Source: an uncultured Leptospiraceae bacterium | GTDB taxonomy: Bacteria; Spirochaetota; Leptospiria; Turneriellales; Turneriellaceae | Direction of reading: 5' to 3' | Assembly: GCA_942492915.1 (NCBI GenBank) | Contig: OW818662.1 | Location: forward strand, 3,693,257 to 3,757,256 | DNA length: 64,000 bases | In this document: positions 22,492 through 31,499 of the stretch, one piece after another | Layout of the letters: each line of letters opens with the position of its first letter | How positions within the stretch are numbered: the stretch's first letter is position 1 | Made by a program: the position numbers and the translations under genes | Notes under the pieces: generated by a model | Seen by the model: the letters and a program-made list of their open reading frames with translations, nothing else | Database searches by the model: none | Told to the model about the DNA's origin: nothing

Positions 22492-22766
22492 AAACCTTCA
22501 ATTTAACTTTACTCAGCGCTCTGCTTCTTGTCTCGGCCGAGGTGGCGCAAGAAGCGTCTGAAAAAAAGAACTGCAAGCTGCAGGGTTTCGCTGAGCGGCC
22601 TGCATCTCTTGAGATGCTCGATCTGACACCGAAAGAGAAGAAAGAAATCGCCGCACTCTCGAAACGGGGGCGCAAGATCGACGCAATTCGCATCATGCGC
22701 CGCTGCGGTGACATGTCGCTCAAAGAGCAGAAGGCCATCGTCGATTCTCTGCATTCTGCGTATTGA
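22488..22766 (+). CDS. Small secreted protein with a ribosomal L7/L12 C-terminal-domain-like segment.
   Basis: ATGA overlap with the upstream stop. Signal peptide MKTFNLTLLSALLLVSAEVAQEA. KIDAIRIMRRCGDMSLKEQKAIVDSL aligns with the L12 C-terminal-domain consensus K-[IV]-x-[AV]-I-K-x-[VI]-R-x-x-T-G-L-G-L-K-E-A-K-x-L-V. Confidence 0.45.
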   Translation: MKTFNLTLLSALLLVSAEVAQEASEKKNCKLQGFAERPASLEMLDLTPKEKKEIAALSKRGRKIDAIRIMRRCGDMSLKEQKAIVDSLHSAY

Positions 22767-23230
22767 ATCAGGTACTGATCAGGCCGGCAACGACGGCAGA
22801 CCTCGCTCTGCTCGTTCGGCTCGACGCCGAAATATTTGAGGTTGCCGGTTACAGCGAAGCGCAGTGGCAGTCAGAGCTGAACAGCTCTGGGGCGATGCAG
22901 TATATCGCCGGCGTAAAAGGCGACGCGTCCACTGCGCTGGGCTTTCTGGCCGGCAGTCTGGCAGGCGATGATTTTGAAATACGCAAAATTGGCGTGATAG
23001 CCGCCGGGCGGCGCCACGGGGTCGCGCGCCAGCTTTTGCAAGCAGCGGCTGCCGCTGCCGTTTTGCTGCTGCCGCGGTCGGCACGCTGCCTGATTGACGT
23101 GGCCGAAGACAATCTGCCGGCCCTCGCTTTCTACGAAAATCTCGGGTTTACCAAGGTGGCAAGGCGCAAACGTTACTACGCGAACGGGGCACACGCAATT
23201 GTGATGGAGAAAATTCTGTCCGGCCTGTAG
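22763..23230 (+). CDS. GNAT N-acetyltransferase (RimI-like).
   Basis: 155 aa. Acetyl-CoA-binding motif IGVIAAGRRHGVARQLL. NLGFTKV...YY tail. Start overlaps the upstream stop. Confidence 0.75.
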   Translation: MNQVLIRPATTADLALLVRLDAEIFEVAGYSEAQWQSELNSSGAMQYIAGVKGDASTALGFLAGSLAGDDFEIRKIGVIAAGRRHGVARQLLQAAAAAAVLLLPRSARCLIDVAEDNLPALAFYENLGFTKVARRKRYYANGAHAIVMEKILSGL

Positions 23231-23251
23231 GGGAAATCGTATATTGCAGGC

Positions 23252-23938
23252 ATGATCAAGAACCCGTTTGAGATACGCTTCGACGAAGAAGATGGCGAGA
23301 AAAAAAAAGAAGAGCGCCCGGCACCGCTGCGTGAGCGTATCGCCGAAGGTTTTCTCGACAAACGGCAGATCTTTCTCTGGGGCGCGGTAACCGACCGCTC
23401 GGCAGAAATGATCGTTGAGCGCATGATGTTTCTCGAGGCAACCGACCCGGGTAAGCCGATCTACTTTTTCATCAATTCACCAGGCGGAGTGATTTCTTCG
23501 GGCATGGCAATATACGACGTGATGCATATGATCTCATCACCAGTTCATACCATCACTATGGGTATGGCCGCATCGATGGGGGCCATTCTGCTCACAGCAG
23601 GCGAAAAGGGACACCGCTACGCATTTGAACACGCGAAGGTGATGATCCACCAGCCGTTGATCAGTGGCCAGATAATCGCGCCCGCAATCGACATAAAAAT
23701 TCATGCAGAAGAGATCAAGAAGACCCGTGAAGAACTGAACCGCATTCTTGCTGAAACCACAGGCCAGCCGCTGACGCGTATTGAGAAAGATACAGACCGC
23801 GATTATTACCTCGATGGCAAAGGTGCCGTCGAATATGGTCTGGCCGACAAGGTACTCACAAATTTCGGCGAATTGGGACTGGTAAAGGCAAAAGCCGAAA
23901 AACCGGCAAAAGAATCTAAACCTAAGAAAGGGAAGTAA
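23252..23938 (+). CDS. clpP: ClpP-family serine protease subunit with N- and C-terminal extensions.
   Basis: Ser-His-Asp region GMAASMGAILLTAGEKGHRYAFEHAKVMIHQP. N-terminal 45-aa acidic/basic extension. C-terminal Lys-rich tail. Confidence 0.85.
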   Translation: MIKNPFEIRFDEEDGEKKKEERPAPLRERIAEGFLDKRQIFLWGAVTDRSAEMIVERMMFLEATDPGKPIYFFINSPGGVISSGMAIYDVMHMISSPVHTITMGMAASMGAILLTAGEKGHRYAFEHAKVMIHQPLISGQIIAPAIDIKIHAEEIKKTREELNRILAETTGQPLTRIEKDTDRDYYLDGKGAVEYGLADKVLTNFGELGLVKAKAEKPAKESKPKKGK

Positions 23939-23944
23939 TGTTCT

Positions 23945-25141
23945 CTATACGAGCTGCTTCATCAGCTGCTCGTATTCCATGTCGAGATTGAGACCTGCGT
24001 CTTCAGGGTATTTTGCTTTAGAGATAAACTTATCGGCTGCATAGAGCAGGTGCGCAAATTCCGGTTTCGCCGGGCGCTGGTTCTTAGCGTCGCGCAAGAT
24101 CCAGACCACGGGTCGCATCGGCTTGCCTTTTACCGCAAAGACCACCATTCCGGTCGAGCTATCTGAGAGTTCAACGATTGAACCGAGCGGATAGATCGCG
24201 TGCGAGTCAAGAAAGGTCTTCAAATAAACCGGATCATAACGGTAGATACCGAGCGTCAGCAGTTCTTTCATCGCATCGTAAGGCAGTCGGTTCTTTCTGA
24301 AAGGTTTACGTGAAATAATGGCGGTGAATGAATCGATGATGGACGCAACGCGCGTGTATTCGGCCATTTCGGCGCCTTTGATCTTGCGCGGGTAGCCCGA
24401 ACCGTCAAAGTGCTCCTGGTGTTGCAGCGCAACTGACGCGATCGTATTTTTGATTTTTGCGACCTGCGTCAGCATCTGGTAGCCATGCACCGGGTGCGCG
24501 TGGATAATCTGCAGTTCGGTCTCGTTCAGCTTCTCAGCCTTGTCGAGAATGGTTTGGGGTACTTTCAGCATACCGACATCCATCATGAGTATCGCAAATA
24601 ATAATTCGACGATCTTGGGGCGCGAAAAGTCGAGCGCCAGACCCAGGCGGGCAGCGTACATCGCGCAGCCAATCACGTGCTTGTAGGTGTTCGACTCGAC
24701 GATGTATTCCGCGACAAAAATGACGATCAGCGGATTGTCGGTCACGAGATTCGTGATCTCTTCGGCCTTGCTGCGCACGTCGTTTGATTGCGGGTTATTA
24801 TTGCTGTTTATGCGCTCGTAAAAATTCTTGAGCACCGCCTCGGTCGAAGCCGTCAGGTTGTTGAACGACGGCTTCATCTTAATGAGGTTCTTCAGATCTT
24901 TCTTGAGATTCTCAATATCGAGCTTCTGCTGCCCATCCATGAAGTCGGCTTCGTCTTTTTTGGATGCATAGACCGGTTCGCCGGCCGACAAGACCTCTTC
25001 AATTTTCCATTTATTCAGACGATCGAGATCACTCTGCGTAATGATGACGTTCGCCGCCGCGAGCATATTCGTCGGGTCGATATATACCGGTTTCGTGAAA
25101 GACACGCCCGGGCGCAAAAGTTTGACCTGAAAGCGGGTCAT
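23945..25141 (-). CDS. HD-GYP domain c-di-GMP phosphodiesterase-type protein.
   Basis: HD (IHAHPVHGYQ) and HFDGSGYP motifs. N-terminal roughly 170-aa uncharacterised domain. Confidence 0.8.
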   Translation of the reverse strand: MTRFQVKLLRPGVSFTKPVYIDPTNMLAAANVIITQSDLDRLNKWKIEEVLSAGEPVYASKKDEADFMDGQQKLDIENLKKDLKNLIKMKPSFNNLTASTEAVLKNFYERINSNNNPQSNDVRSKAEEITNLVTDNPLIVIFVAEYIVESNTYKHVIGCAMYAARLGLALDFSRPKIVELLFAILMMDVGMLKVPQTILDKAEKLNETELQIIHAHPVHGYQMLTQVAKIKNTIASVALQHQEHFDGSGYPRKIKGAEMAEYTRVASIIDSFTAIISRKPFRKNRLPYDAMKELLTLGIYRYDPVYLKTFLDSHAIYPLGSIVELSDSSTGMVVFAVKGKPMRPVVWILRDAKNQRPAKPEFAHLLYAADKFISKAKYPEDAGLNLDMEYEQLMKQLV

Positions 25142-25285
25142 AATAGAGTTTCGGTATTCCGCACTGCAATTTCAAGCATAATAGTCATTTTGGCACCTCA
25201 AACACCGTCACGGACATAGTTCAAACCGCCAATACGTAAGCTTACCCAACGGACGGCAAAAGTCCGTGAAAAAGTTCTATTTTGG

Positions 25286-25486
25286 CTATTTTCTCTTCTC
25301 GGTGAGAAGGTAGGCATAAATTCGCGCAATTGCCAGATAAATCTCTTTCGGAATCGGGGTGTTCGTCTTTACTGTTTTTAGCGCTAGCAACAGAGATTCT
25401 TCCTGATCAGATTCGATTCTGACGCCCCGACTGCGGGCGACTTCGATCAAATGCCGGGCCGCATCGCCTTCGGCGTACCAGCGCAC
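25286..25486 (-). CDS. FlhB C-terminus-related protein (EscU/YscU/FlhB C-terminal domain family, YlqH-like).
   Basis: GTG start as called. ...WYAEGDAARHLIEVARSRGVRIESDQEESLLLALKTVKTNTPIPKEIYLAIARIYAYLL matches the FlhB C-terminal domain. Homology continues for 27 more codons upstream in-frame (IDRATEGKLREVLRACALEYDGDGAPT) up to a TAA. Confidence 0.6.
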   Translation of the reverse strand: MRWYAEGDAARHLIEVARSRGVRIESDQEESLLLALKTVKTNTPIPKEIYLAIARIYAYLLTEKRK

Positions 25487-25567
25487 CGTCGGTGCACCGT
25501 CACCGTCGTATTCAAGAGCGCAGGCCCTGAGTACCTCGCGCAGCTTGCCTTCGGTCGCGCGGTCGAT

Positions 25568-26131
25568 TTAATTGACCAGGTTTTGTATGGCTTCGGGCCG
25601 CAGTTTTGAAAAGATATCTTTTGTTTCTTTGAAATCCTTCATGATTTTCGAGTTATCGATCGAAACTTCACGATCAGAATCGCCTGCTTCGGGCTCGAAA
25701 ATCCCCGCGGAGAGTATATTCTGAATCTGTATTTCTTTCTTAATCAGGTTATTTCGCAGGTTTGAAACCACCTGCGCCGCCTCACTGCGAAATTCGTCCA
25801 TATTCTGGCCTTCGCGCAGGTCAACGCTGGTCGCAGGAAACTGTTCACTCATGAATCGTTTGAGCTCTTTCTGCCAGGTCGAGCCTTCGTTGACCTGATT
25901 CAGAAAGCCGATCTGTATCTGGCGCATCGATATACCCGTCTGCAACTCGCGAATTTCTTGCTGCAGGCTGAAGACCTTGCTGCGCATCGTGTCGAGGTTG
26001 ACCTGACCCTTCTGATCGACTTTTACTGCGTCGAGCGGCTTCTCTTGTGCCCGGGAATCTTCACTGCCTGTGCTCATTTGGGCGCTTTGGGCCCATTTCA
26101 GCATATCACTGCGCTTCACGTCCATGCGCAA
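25568..26131 (-). CDS. Hypothetical coiled-coil protein whose stop codon is in-frame with the FlhB-C-like ORF.
   Basis: 187 aa. Gln/Glu-rich, no motif. Confidence 0.45.
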   Translation of the reverse strand: MRMDVKRSDMLKWAQSAQMSTGSEDSRAQEKPLDAVKVDQKGQVNLDTMRSKVFSLQQEIRELQTGISMRQIQIGFLNQVNEGSTWQKELKRFMSEQFPATSVDLREGQNMDEFRSEAAQVVSNLRNNLIKKEIQIQNILSAGIFEPEAGDSDREVSIDNSKIMKDFKETKDIFSKLRPEAIQNLVN

Positions 26132-26201
26132 CCATAGAACGAGACATTCAACCTGTCAATACTTTCGCGGGGACGAACCGTAGCCACGGACAAAGAACCA
26201 T

Positions 26202-27179
26202 TTAACCGAATCGCTCCGCCACCTGCTGGCGCAGTCGCTTTTTTGTGGCGTCATCGCAGAATGCAACTTCAATCGAGTTGTTCAGCAGCGTCTTATGGTC
26301 TTGATCGCTCAGGTTATATTGTGCGATCGCCGCGTTCCATTCGTCGTTCAAGTCAATGCCTGAAACCGTCGGGTCGTCGGTATTGATGGTTACCAGCACA
26401 CCCGCCTCTTTGAGGCTCATAAAAGGATGCATTTTGTAACTTGCTGCGTTTCCCGTTTGCAGGTTGCTGGTCAGGCAAACTTCGAGACCAATACGTTCAT
26501 CGGCGAGGCGTTTGACGAGGTTTGTGTCTTCAATGGACCGAATGCCGTGTCCGATGCGGCGCGCATGAAACAGGTCAAGCGCATCATAAACTGATTGCGG
26601 CCCGGTCGCTTCGCCGGCGTGAATAGTGATCGGTATACCTAGAGCATGAGCTCTGTCAAAAACCGGCGCGTATTCGCGGCAGGCGAATTTTGATTCGTCA
26701 CCGGCGAGGTCGATGCCGCACACCCCGCGCAATGCAAATTTCTGGTAGAGGTCGACAAGGTCTTGCACATGCGCAATGGGTGCGTTGCGTATGGCACAAA
26801 GTATTAATCTGACTGTCGCACCTTTGCCGGTCTCGATGCCCGAGACTACCGCTTCGGTCACCTGCTCAGGCGAATACTGGGTTCCGGTAAAGAGGTGCGG
26901 GCCGAAACGTGTTTCGAGATAGATGACTCCACCTTCTGACATGCGACCCGGAAGTTTTGCCGCTTCATTGTAGAGAAAATCCAGGTCTTGTGCGATGTCG
27001 TAAAAAAAGAAAAAAACCGCGAGAAAATCCGTAAGAGTGTTACAGTTTTCAGGTACCCGGCAACGTCTGGCGAATTCTGCGGCGTCGAGTTTTCCCTGGG
27101 GCAGATTGCGGCGCTGCGCTTCGCGGTAAAGCGCCCCAACGTCGAACGCCCCGTCAAAATGATGGTGTAAGTCTATCAT
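26202..27179 (-). CDS. add: Adenosine deaminase.
   Basis: MIDLHHHFDGAF (HxHxDG), ITIHAGE, LVTINTDDP metal/catalytic motifs. 325 aa. Confidence 0.85.
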   Translation of the reverse strand: MIDLHHHFDGAFDVGALYREAQRRNLPQGKLDAAEFARRCRVPENCNTLTDFLAVFFFFYDIAQDLDFLYNEAAKLPGRMSEGGVIYLETRFGPHLFTGTQYSPEQVTEAVVSGIETGKGATVRLILCAIRNAPIAHVQDLVDLYQKFALRGVCGIDLAGDESKFACREYAPVFDRAHALGIPITIHAGEATGPQSVYDALDLFHARRIGHGIRSIEDTNLVKRLADERIGLEVCLTSNLQTGNAASYKMHPFMSLKEAGVLVTINTDDPTVSGIDLNDEWNAAIAQYNLSDQDHKTLLNNSIEVAFCDDATKKRLRQQVAERFG

Positions 27180-27227
27180 GCAAAGCCTGCCCCGAACGCA
27201 GTCGAAAAGTTCAGCAGATTCATCATA

Positions 27228-28124
27228 TTACCTCAGCCGGTTGCGGCGAATGAAATGTTGGGCTTCGTGATAACCCTGATCAAGCAGGCGCAGGATCTTT
27301 TTCTGATCGAACTCATATTGTTGCATCTCGAGCGGATGCTTCGGCCGCAGCAGGAGCAATTTCTTCGCGCGGCGTTTCTTTGAATTCGTGGCGCGCAAAA
27401 GGGCATCATCAGCCTGACTGCGAAAAAAAATACTGAGCGTTCGCAGGGCGATCTGCGCCGTACTGCTAAGGGCCTCTTTTGGGTACGCTTCGGGTTCCAT
27501 GCTGATCGCGATGATGACATCGACCCTCTTGTTCTCGACGGCCTCGATCGGCGTATTGCGCACAAGGCCCCCATCCATAAAAAGTTCGTGCCCGAGCTGA
27601 ACCGGCGGAAAAACACCGGGCACTGCAGCAGAGGCGAGAATATATTGCCGCAATTCTGAATCGGTTTTTGCCTCGTGCCCCGAAAAGTAATGCAGCTTGC
27701 CGGTATTCAGGCTAATCGCCGCGCAGATGTATTCGCAGGCATTATTTTGTAAGTCGCTGAGGCGTACGTGTTCTTCAACCAGCCTGCGCTGCAGCTGATC
27801 GGTCAGAAGCGAAGGGCTCGCAGAAAAAAAGAGTTTCGTAAAAGATTGAATAGTGATCAGACGCTTTTGGTCTATCTCTTGCCAGAATTTCAGCATCGGA
27901 CCGATATTGTGTGTGGCAGCCATGTAACCGTTGAGTGCGCCGATAGAGCTGCCTGCGATACAGCGCACGTCGAGCCCTGCCTCAAAAAACGCTTTCAGGG
28001 CGCCCGCCTGATAAGCGCCTAGCGCCGCACCACCCGAGAGCACGAGTGCGTAACGGCGTGCAGGTGGCCTGCGTAAGGGTTTTTTCGCAGGGCGTCGAGG
28101 CTTCGTTTTGACAGTCTTCTTCAT
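27228..28124 (-). CDS. Patatin-like phospholipase.
   Basis: Oxyanion GGAALGAYQAG. Nucleophile GSSIG (GxSxG). Catalytic DGG (MDGGLVRN). Basic N-terminal tail. Confidence 0.8.
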   Translation of the reverse strand: MKKTVKTKPRRPAKKPLRRPPARRYALVLSGGAALGAYQAGALKAFFEAGLDVRCIAGSSIGALNGYMAATHNIGPMLKFWQEIDQKRLITIQSFTKLFFSASPSLLTDQLQRRLVEEHVRLSDLQNNACEYICAAISLNTGKLHYFSGHEAKTDSELRQYILASAAVPGVFPPVQLGHELFMDGGLVRNTPIEAVENKRVDVIIAISMEPEAYPKEALSSTAQIALRTLSIFFRSQADDALLRATNSKKRRAKKLLLLRPKHPLEMQQYEFDQKKILRLLDQGYHEAQHFIRRNRLR

Positions 28125-28891
28125 TTACTTGCGACTTGGCACTCCAGCCTTTTTTTTATCTCTTTGCTTCGACAATTATTTTTCTCGAACAGCCATATTT
28201 GTCCCCGGGTGTGCGGTTCAAGCAACTCGTTTACGGAAATCTGAGCCACAGTCGCAGCGACAACCGCCGGAAACGTCGATAGAATGCCTTCGCTCGCACA
28301 GGTCGGCAGTTCATCGCCAACGACGCTGCCGAACACGCACGCGTAGCAGGCGGTATCGTGACCTGAGACCAGCATTGCATGTCCCTGCGATTTGCCCAGC
28401 GCGGCGATGATTGCCGGGCGTTTCGCCGTGAGCGCGAGCGCATTGACCATTAACTTTGTTTCGACGCTGTCGCTGCCCTCACAGACCAGATTTGCCTGCG
28501 CAATGAGATTCGCATCAGAAAAGTCGATTGGGCGCGCGTGAGCGATCACGTCAACATGAGGATTCAGATCTCTCAGAGTTTCGGCAGCGACGACTGCCTT
28601 GTTTCGGCCGATCTGGCGTTCGCGAAAAAGGTATTGCCGACCGAGATTGGTCATTTCGATTTTATCTCCGTCAAAAATCTCAATGGTACCTATGCCTGAC
28701 GCGGCCAGAAGGGGCAAGAGAGTTGTGCCGATGCCGCCGGCCCCGACGACGACCACGCGCGCCGCCTTCAGGCGCATCTGTGCGTCGCCGCCATAAAGCA
28801 AAATCTGTCGGCTGTAACGCTCGCGTTCGTCTCTGCTAAGGTTCAATTCTCTTTGGCTCAGTTCGAATGTTTGCGTATGATTGCGGCCCAC
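28121..28891 (-). CDS. ThiF/MoeB-family E1-like adenylyltransferase.
   Basis: Rossmann VVVVGAGGIGTTLLPLLAASGIG. DGDKIEMTNLGRQ. CYAC motif. ATGA-type overlaps with both neighbours. Confidence 0.8.
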   Translation of the reverse strand: MGRNHTQTFELSQRELNLSRDERERYSRQILLYGGDAQMRLKAARVVVVGAGGIGTTLLPLLAASGIGTIEIFDGDKIEMTNLGRQYLFRERQIGRNKAVVAAETLRDLNPHVDVIAHARPIDFSDANLIAQANLVCEGSDSVETKLMVNALALTAKRPAIIAALGKSQGHAMLVSGHDTACYACVFGSVVGDELPTCASEGILSTFPAVVAATVAQISVNELLEPHTRGQIWLFEKNNCRSKEIKKRLECQVASK

Positions 28892-29880
28892 GAGCTCAGC
28901 AGCGTCTGCTGGCTTTCGATCAGCCGGTCTTTATCTACCGCTTCACGGGCAAAGGCGACGACAAAAGCGATACGGGTAAACTTTTTCTTGCCGCTGACGG
29001 TAATCGGAGCAACAACGTAACAGTAGTGGCTCAGTCGTGAGCCTTTGTCGGTGTACAACAGACAGAACGCGTCATCTTTCTTGATGGTGTTGTCTTCGCC
29101 TTCGGGACGCCATGGGCCTTGCCGCGATAAGAATGATGAGATCGACTTGCGATAGACGCGGTGCGCGAGCTCTGAATCGAGCGAAAGATCAGAGACTTCG
29201 TAGAAGATTTCCATCTCTGCAAGACCTGCAGCATCGGTGAACAGCGCTCGATTTTCACGGCGCGTCACTTCAACATAACCTGCCGGCATCGAGAGCGCAA
29301 GCAGCGCAGGTTCGCGCGTTTCATTTTCTTCGGTGAACACCCGCTTCTGAGCAAATAGTGGCGCAGACTTGAGCAACGGTGACTTATCGAGCGCCATCTT
29401 GCGAAATTCTTGCAGAAGCTTTAGTACGAGGCTGCGCGCGCGATCACCATCTTCTGGCCTTCCGTGGCCTTCGGGCGCGCACAGGTCCATTGAGTAGCGA
29501 TCGCGTGAGTGGTAGCCGCAAACGAGTGATTTCTGCTGGTTCTTTGTGTCACCTTTGATTCGGTAGAGACGACCTGAAGGCCATTTGTCGAGAGTTTCGG
29601 CTTTCAGATTTTCAGCCATCGTTTCAAAAATTTTCCCGGTGAGTTGCCATTCCAGAGTGCGCGTAACGGTACCCCGCAGAAAAAAATCGTCTGCCTTGCA
29701 GAGAAACGCGATGCGGCCCGCTTGAACGGTGAACTGTATGTTGCGAGGAACTTCTTCAGTGAGAGAAAAATTGCATTCGTGCGCGGCGGTTGCCGGTTTG
29801 TTATCTGTCGCCGCGCTGATTCTCAGACAAAAAAAAAGGAGGAGTGAAAACCACGCCCCCTTTCTTATAAAAACCGACAC
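28858..29880 (-). CDS. Secreted hypothetical protein.
   Basis: Signal peptide MSVFIRKGAWFSLLLFFCLRISAAT. 340 aa. No motif recognised. Confidence 0.5.
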   Translation of the reverse strand: MSVFIRKGAWFSLLLFFCLRISAATDNKPATAAHECNFSLTEEVPRNIQFTVQAGRIAFLCKADDFFLRGTVTRTLEWQLTGKIFETMAENLKAETLDKWPSGRLYRIKGDTKNQQKSLVCGYHSRDRYSMDLCAPEGHGRPEDGDRARSLVLKLLQEFRKMALDKSPLLKSAPLFAQKRVFTEENETREPALLALSMPAGYVEVTRRENRALFTDAAGLAEMEIFYEVSDLSLDSELAHRVYRKSISSFLSRQGPWRPEGEDNTIKKDDAFCLLYTDKGSRLSHYCYVVAPITVSGKKKFTRIAFVVAFAREAVDKDRLIESQQTLLSSWAAIIRKHSN

Positions 29881-29883
29881 GAA

Positions 29884-30414
29884 TTATTTTGGTGCGTCAG
29901 CCGGTTTTGCGTCGGCAGGTTTAGCATCTGCCGGCTTGCTTTCGGCGGCAGCTTCAGCGCCCTCTTTCTTTGGTACGATCTTACGTATGCGCGCTACTAT
30001 GTCGGTTATATAGATGTCTGACTTCTTGTTGGTCTCGCAAAATTCGACTGCCTTCAGTAGGTCTGCGTTGTCGGTATCTTTCAGATTGAGAATCGCCAGC
30101 AGGCCGGTATAGACCACCTGGTTATCCTGATCGGCTTCGATCGATTCTTTCAGCAGGGTTGTCGGACGGCCCTTGGTGTCCATGCGGCCCAGCGCAGAGG
30201 CTGCGGCGATACGCACGCCCGCGCTGCGGTTACTTTTCACAACTTCACCCAGCGGCTCAATAGCGTCTTTTACGGCATCGTTGCCCAGATATTGCGCGGC
30301 TGCAATCGCCACGCCATCGTCTGCCGACTTGAGATCGGCGATATATTCGGCTTTTTCTTTCGCTGCAATCGCCAGCATGGGCGCAAGAAGTAACAGCAAT
30401 GCAATTTTTTTCAT
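29884..30414 (-). CDS. HEAT-repeat lipoprotein with a C-terminal KPADA x3 repeat.
   Basis: Signal MKKIALLLLLAPMLAIAA. HEAT-like GVRIAAASALGRM / DAVKDAIEPLG. Tail ESKPADAKPADAKPADAPK. Confidence 0.6.
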   Translation of the reverse strand: MKKIALLLLLAPMLAIAAKEKAEYIADLKSADDGVAIAAAQYLGNDAVKDAIEPLGEVVKSNRSAGVRIAAASALGRMDTKGRPTTLLKESIEADQDNQVVYTGLLAILNLKDTDNADLLKAVEFCETNKKSDIYITDIVARIRKIVPKKEGAEAAAESKPADAKPADAKPADAPK

Positions 30415-30501
30415 GGTTAGATTCTCCCTTAGGACTACTCTGGCATATTCGTTTTGGCGCTCTGCGCAAACACGAATATGCCAGACCTACAGCATTACGG
30501 T

Positions 30502-31488
30502 TTACGGAGCAGCTACGGCAAGAATTTTTTGAAACTCAGAGCGAATGCGCTCGCGCGGTTCTTTCTCGGGCAGCCGGTCGAGCCCCTGCAGAATTTCGCG
30601 TTGCATTTTGGTCAGGTCTTGTGCACATCTCTCGGCGATACGGTATTTCTGCATCAAGGCCATAATTTCAGCTTCAGGCAAGGGAACGCCCGCAGCTGAG
30701 GACTTCCATAGCTGGGTCAGTCGCGTTTTTTCATTTTTGGCAGCTGCTTTGAGCAGGTGGTGCAGGGGAGGCGTAACGATGCCGTTGCTGAAATCCTGCA
30801 GGCCGCGCTTTTTGAGCCTTGCGGCGTCGAAATAGTCCAGGTAGTCGTCGCGCTGCTGGAAAAAACGGCCAAAGGTCTGGCCGAGGGCGGCCGTCTCTGA
30901 TCGGTAAAAATCCTCATTTTTCTGCATTATCGCAACGAGTGCACCGGCTGCACGAAAGAGCACCGCGGTTTTACCATCAACGACCGCAGCGTGGGTTTTT
31001 GGCGTCGTTTTCAGGTCGAACAGGTGCTGCATCTGCAGCAGCTCTGCGATGGCAAGGGCGCTGACAGCGTCGGTGAAGACCGTCAGATAATCAGCGTTCT
31101 TCAGAGTATTGAGGTATTTGAGGCCGGACCCGAGCAAATGGTCCCCACCGAGTATCACGGTCTTGTTGCCAAAGAGTTTTGCTCCCGTGGGCTTCGAACG
31201 CCGTTCGTCCGCGCCGTCGACCACATCGTCGTGCAGCAGGCTCGCCGCGTGGATAATCTCGAGCAGCGCACCGAGGCGAATGAGTTCGTCGCCGTCGAGC
31301 CGGTAAGCTTTGCCCAGATAATAAAGAAACAGAGGTCTGATACGTTTGCCACCGCTTGCGACAACATAGCGCCGCAATTTTTTCAAGATCGGCAGCTCGC
31401 CGCCCAGAATCTTGTCGATAGTGCTGTTGGTTTTATTAATGACAAGGGACGGCGTGAGTAGCCGTCCCTTTGAAAGGGAGAGAATCAA
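30502..31488 (-). CDS. Polyprenyl diphosphate synthase (trans-IPPS family).
   Basis: First Asp-rich motif LLHDDVVDGADERR and second QRDDYLD. Confidence 0.85.
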   Translation of the reverse strand: MILSLSKGRLLTPSLVINKTNSTIDKILGGELPILKKLRRYVVASGGKRIRPLFLYYLGKAYRLDGDELIRLGALLEIIHAASLLHDDVVDGADERRSKPTGAKLFGNKTVILGGDHLLGSGLKYLNTLKNADYLTVFTDAVSALAIAELLQMQHLFDLKTTPKTHAAVVDGKTAVLFRAAGALVAIMQKNEDFYRSETAALGQTFGRFFQQRDDYLDYFDAARLKKRGLQDFSNGIVTPPLHHLLKAAAKNEKTRLTQLWKSSAAGVPLPEAEIMALMQKYRIAERCAQDLTKMQREILQGLDRLPEKEPRERIRSEFQKILAVAAP

Positions 31489-31499
31489 GGGGACGATAA

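Noticed and set aside
26202-27179. Adenosine deaminase as a defence-system (RADAR-like) deaminase.
   Set aside because: Housekeeping size (325 aa) and canonical Add motifs. No adjacent large ATPase.
27228-28891. CBASS-like interpretation of patatin plus E1-like ThiF.
   Set aside because: No CD-NTase/cGAS-like nucleotidyltransferase. ThiF is too short for a Cap2 E1-E2 fusion. No JAB protease. The upstream protein has a signal peptide rather than an NTase fold.
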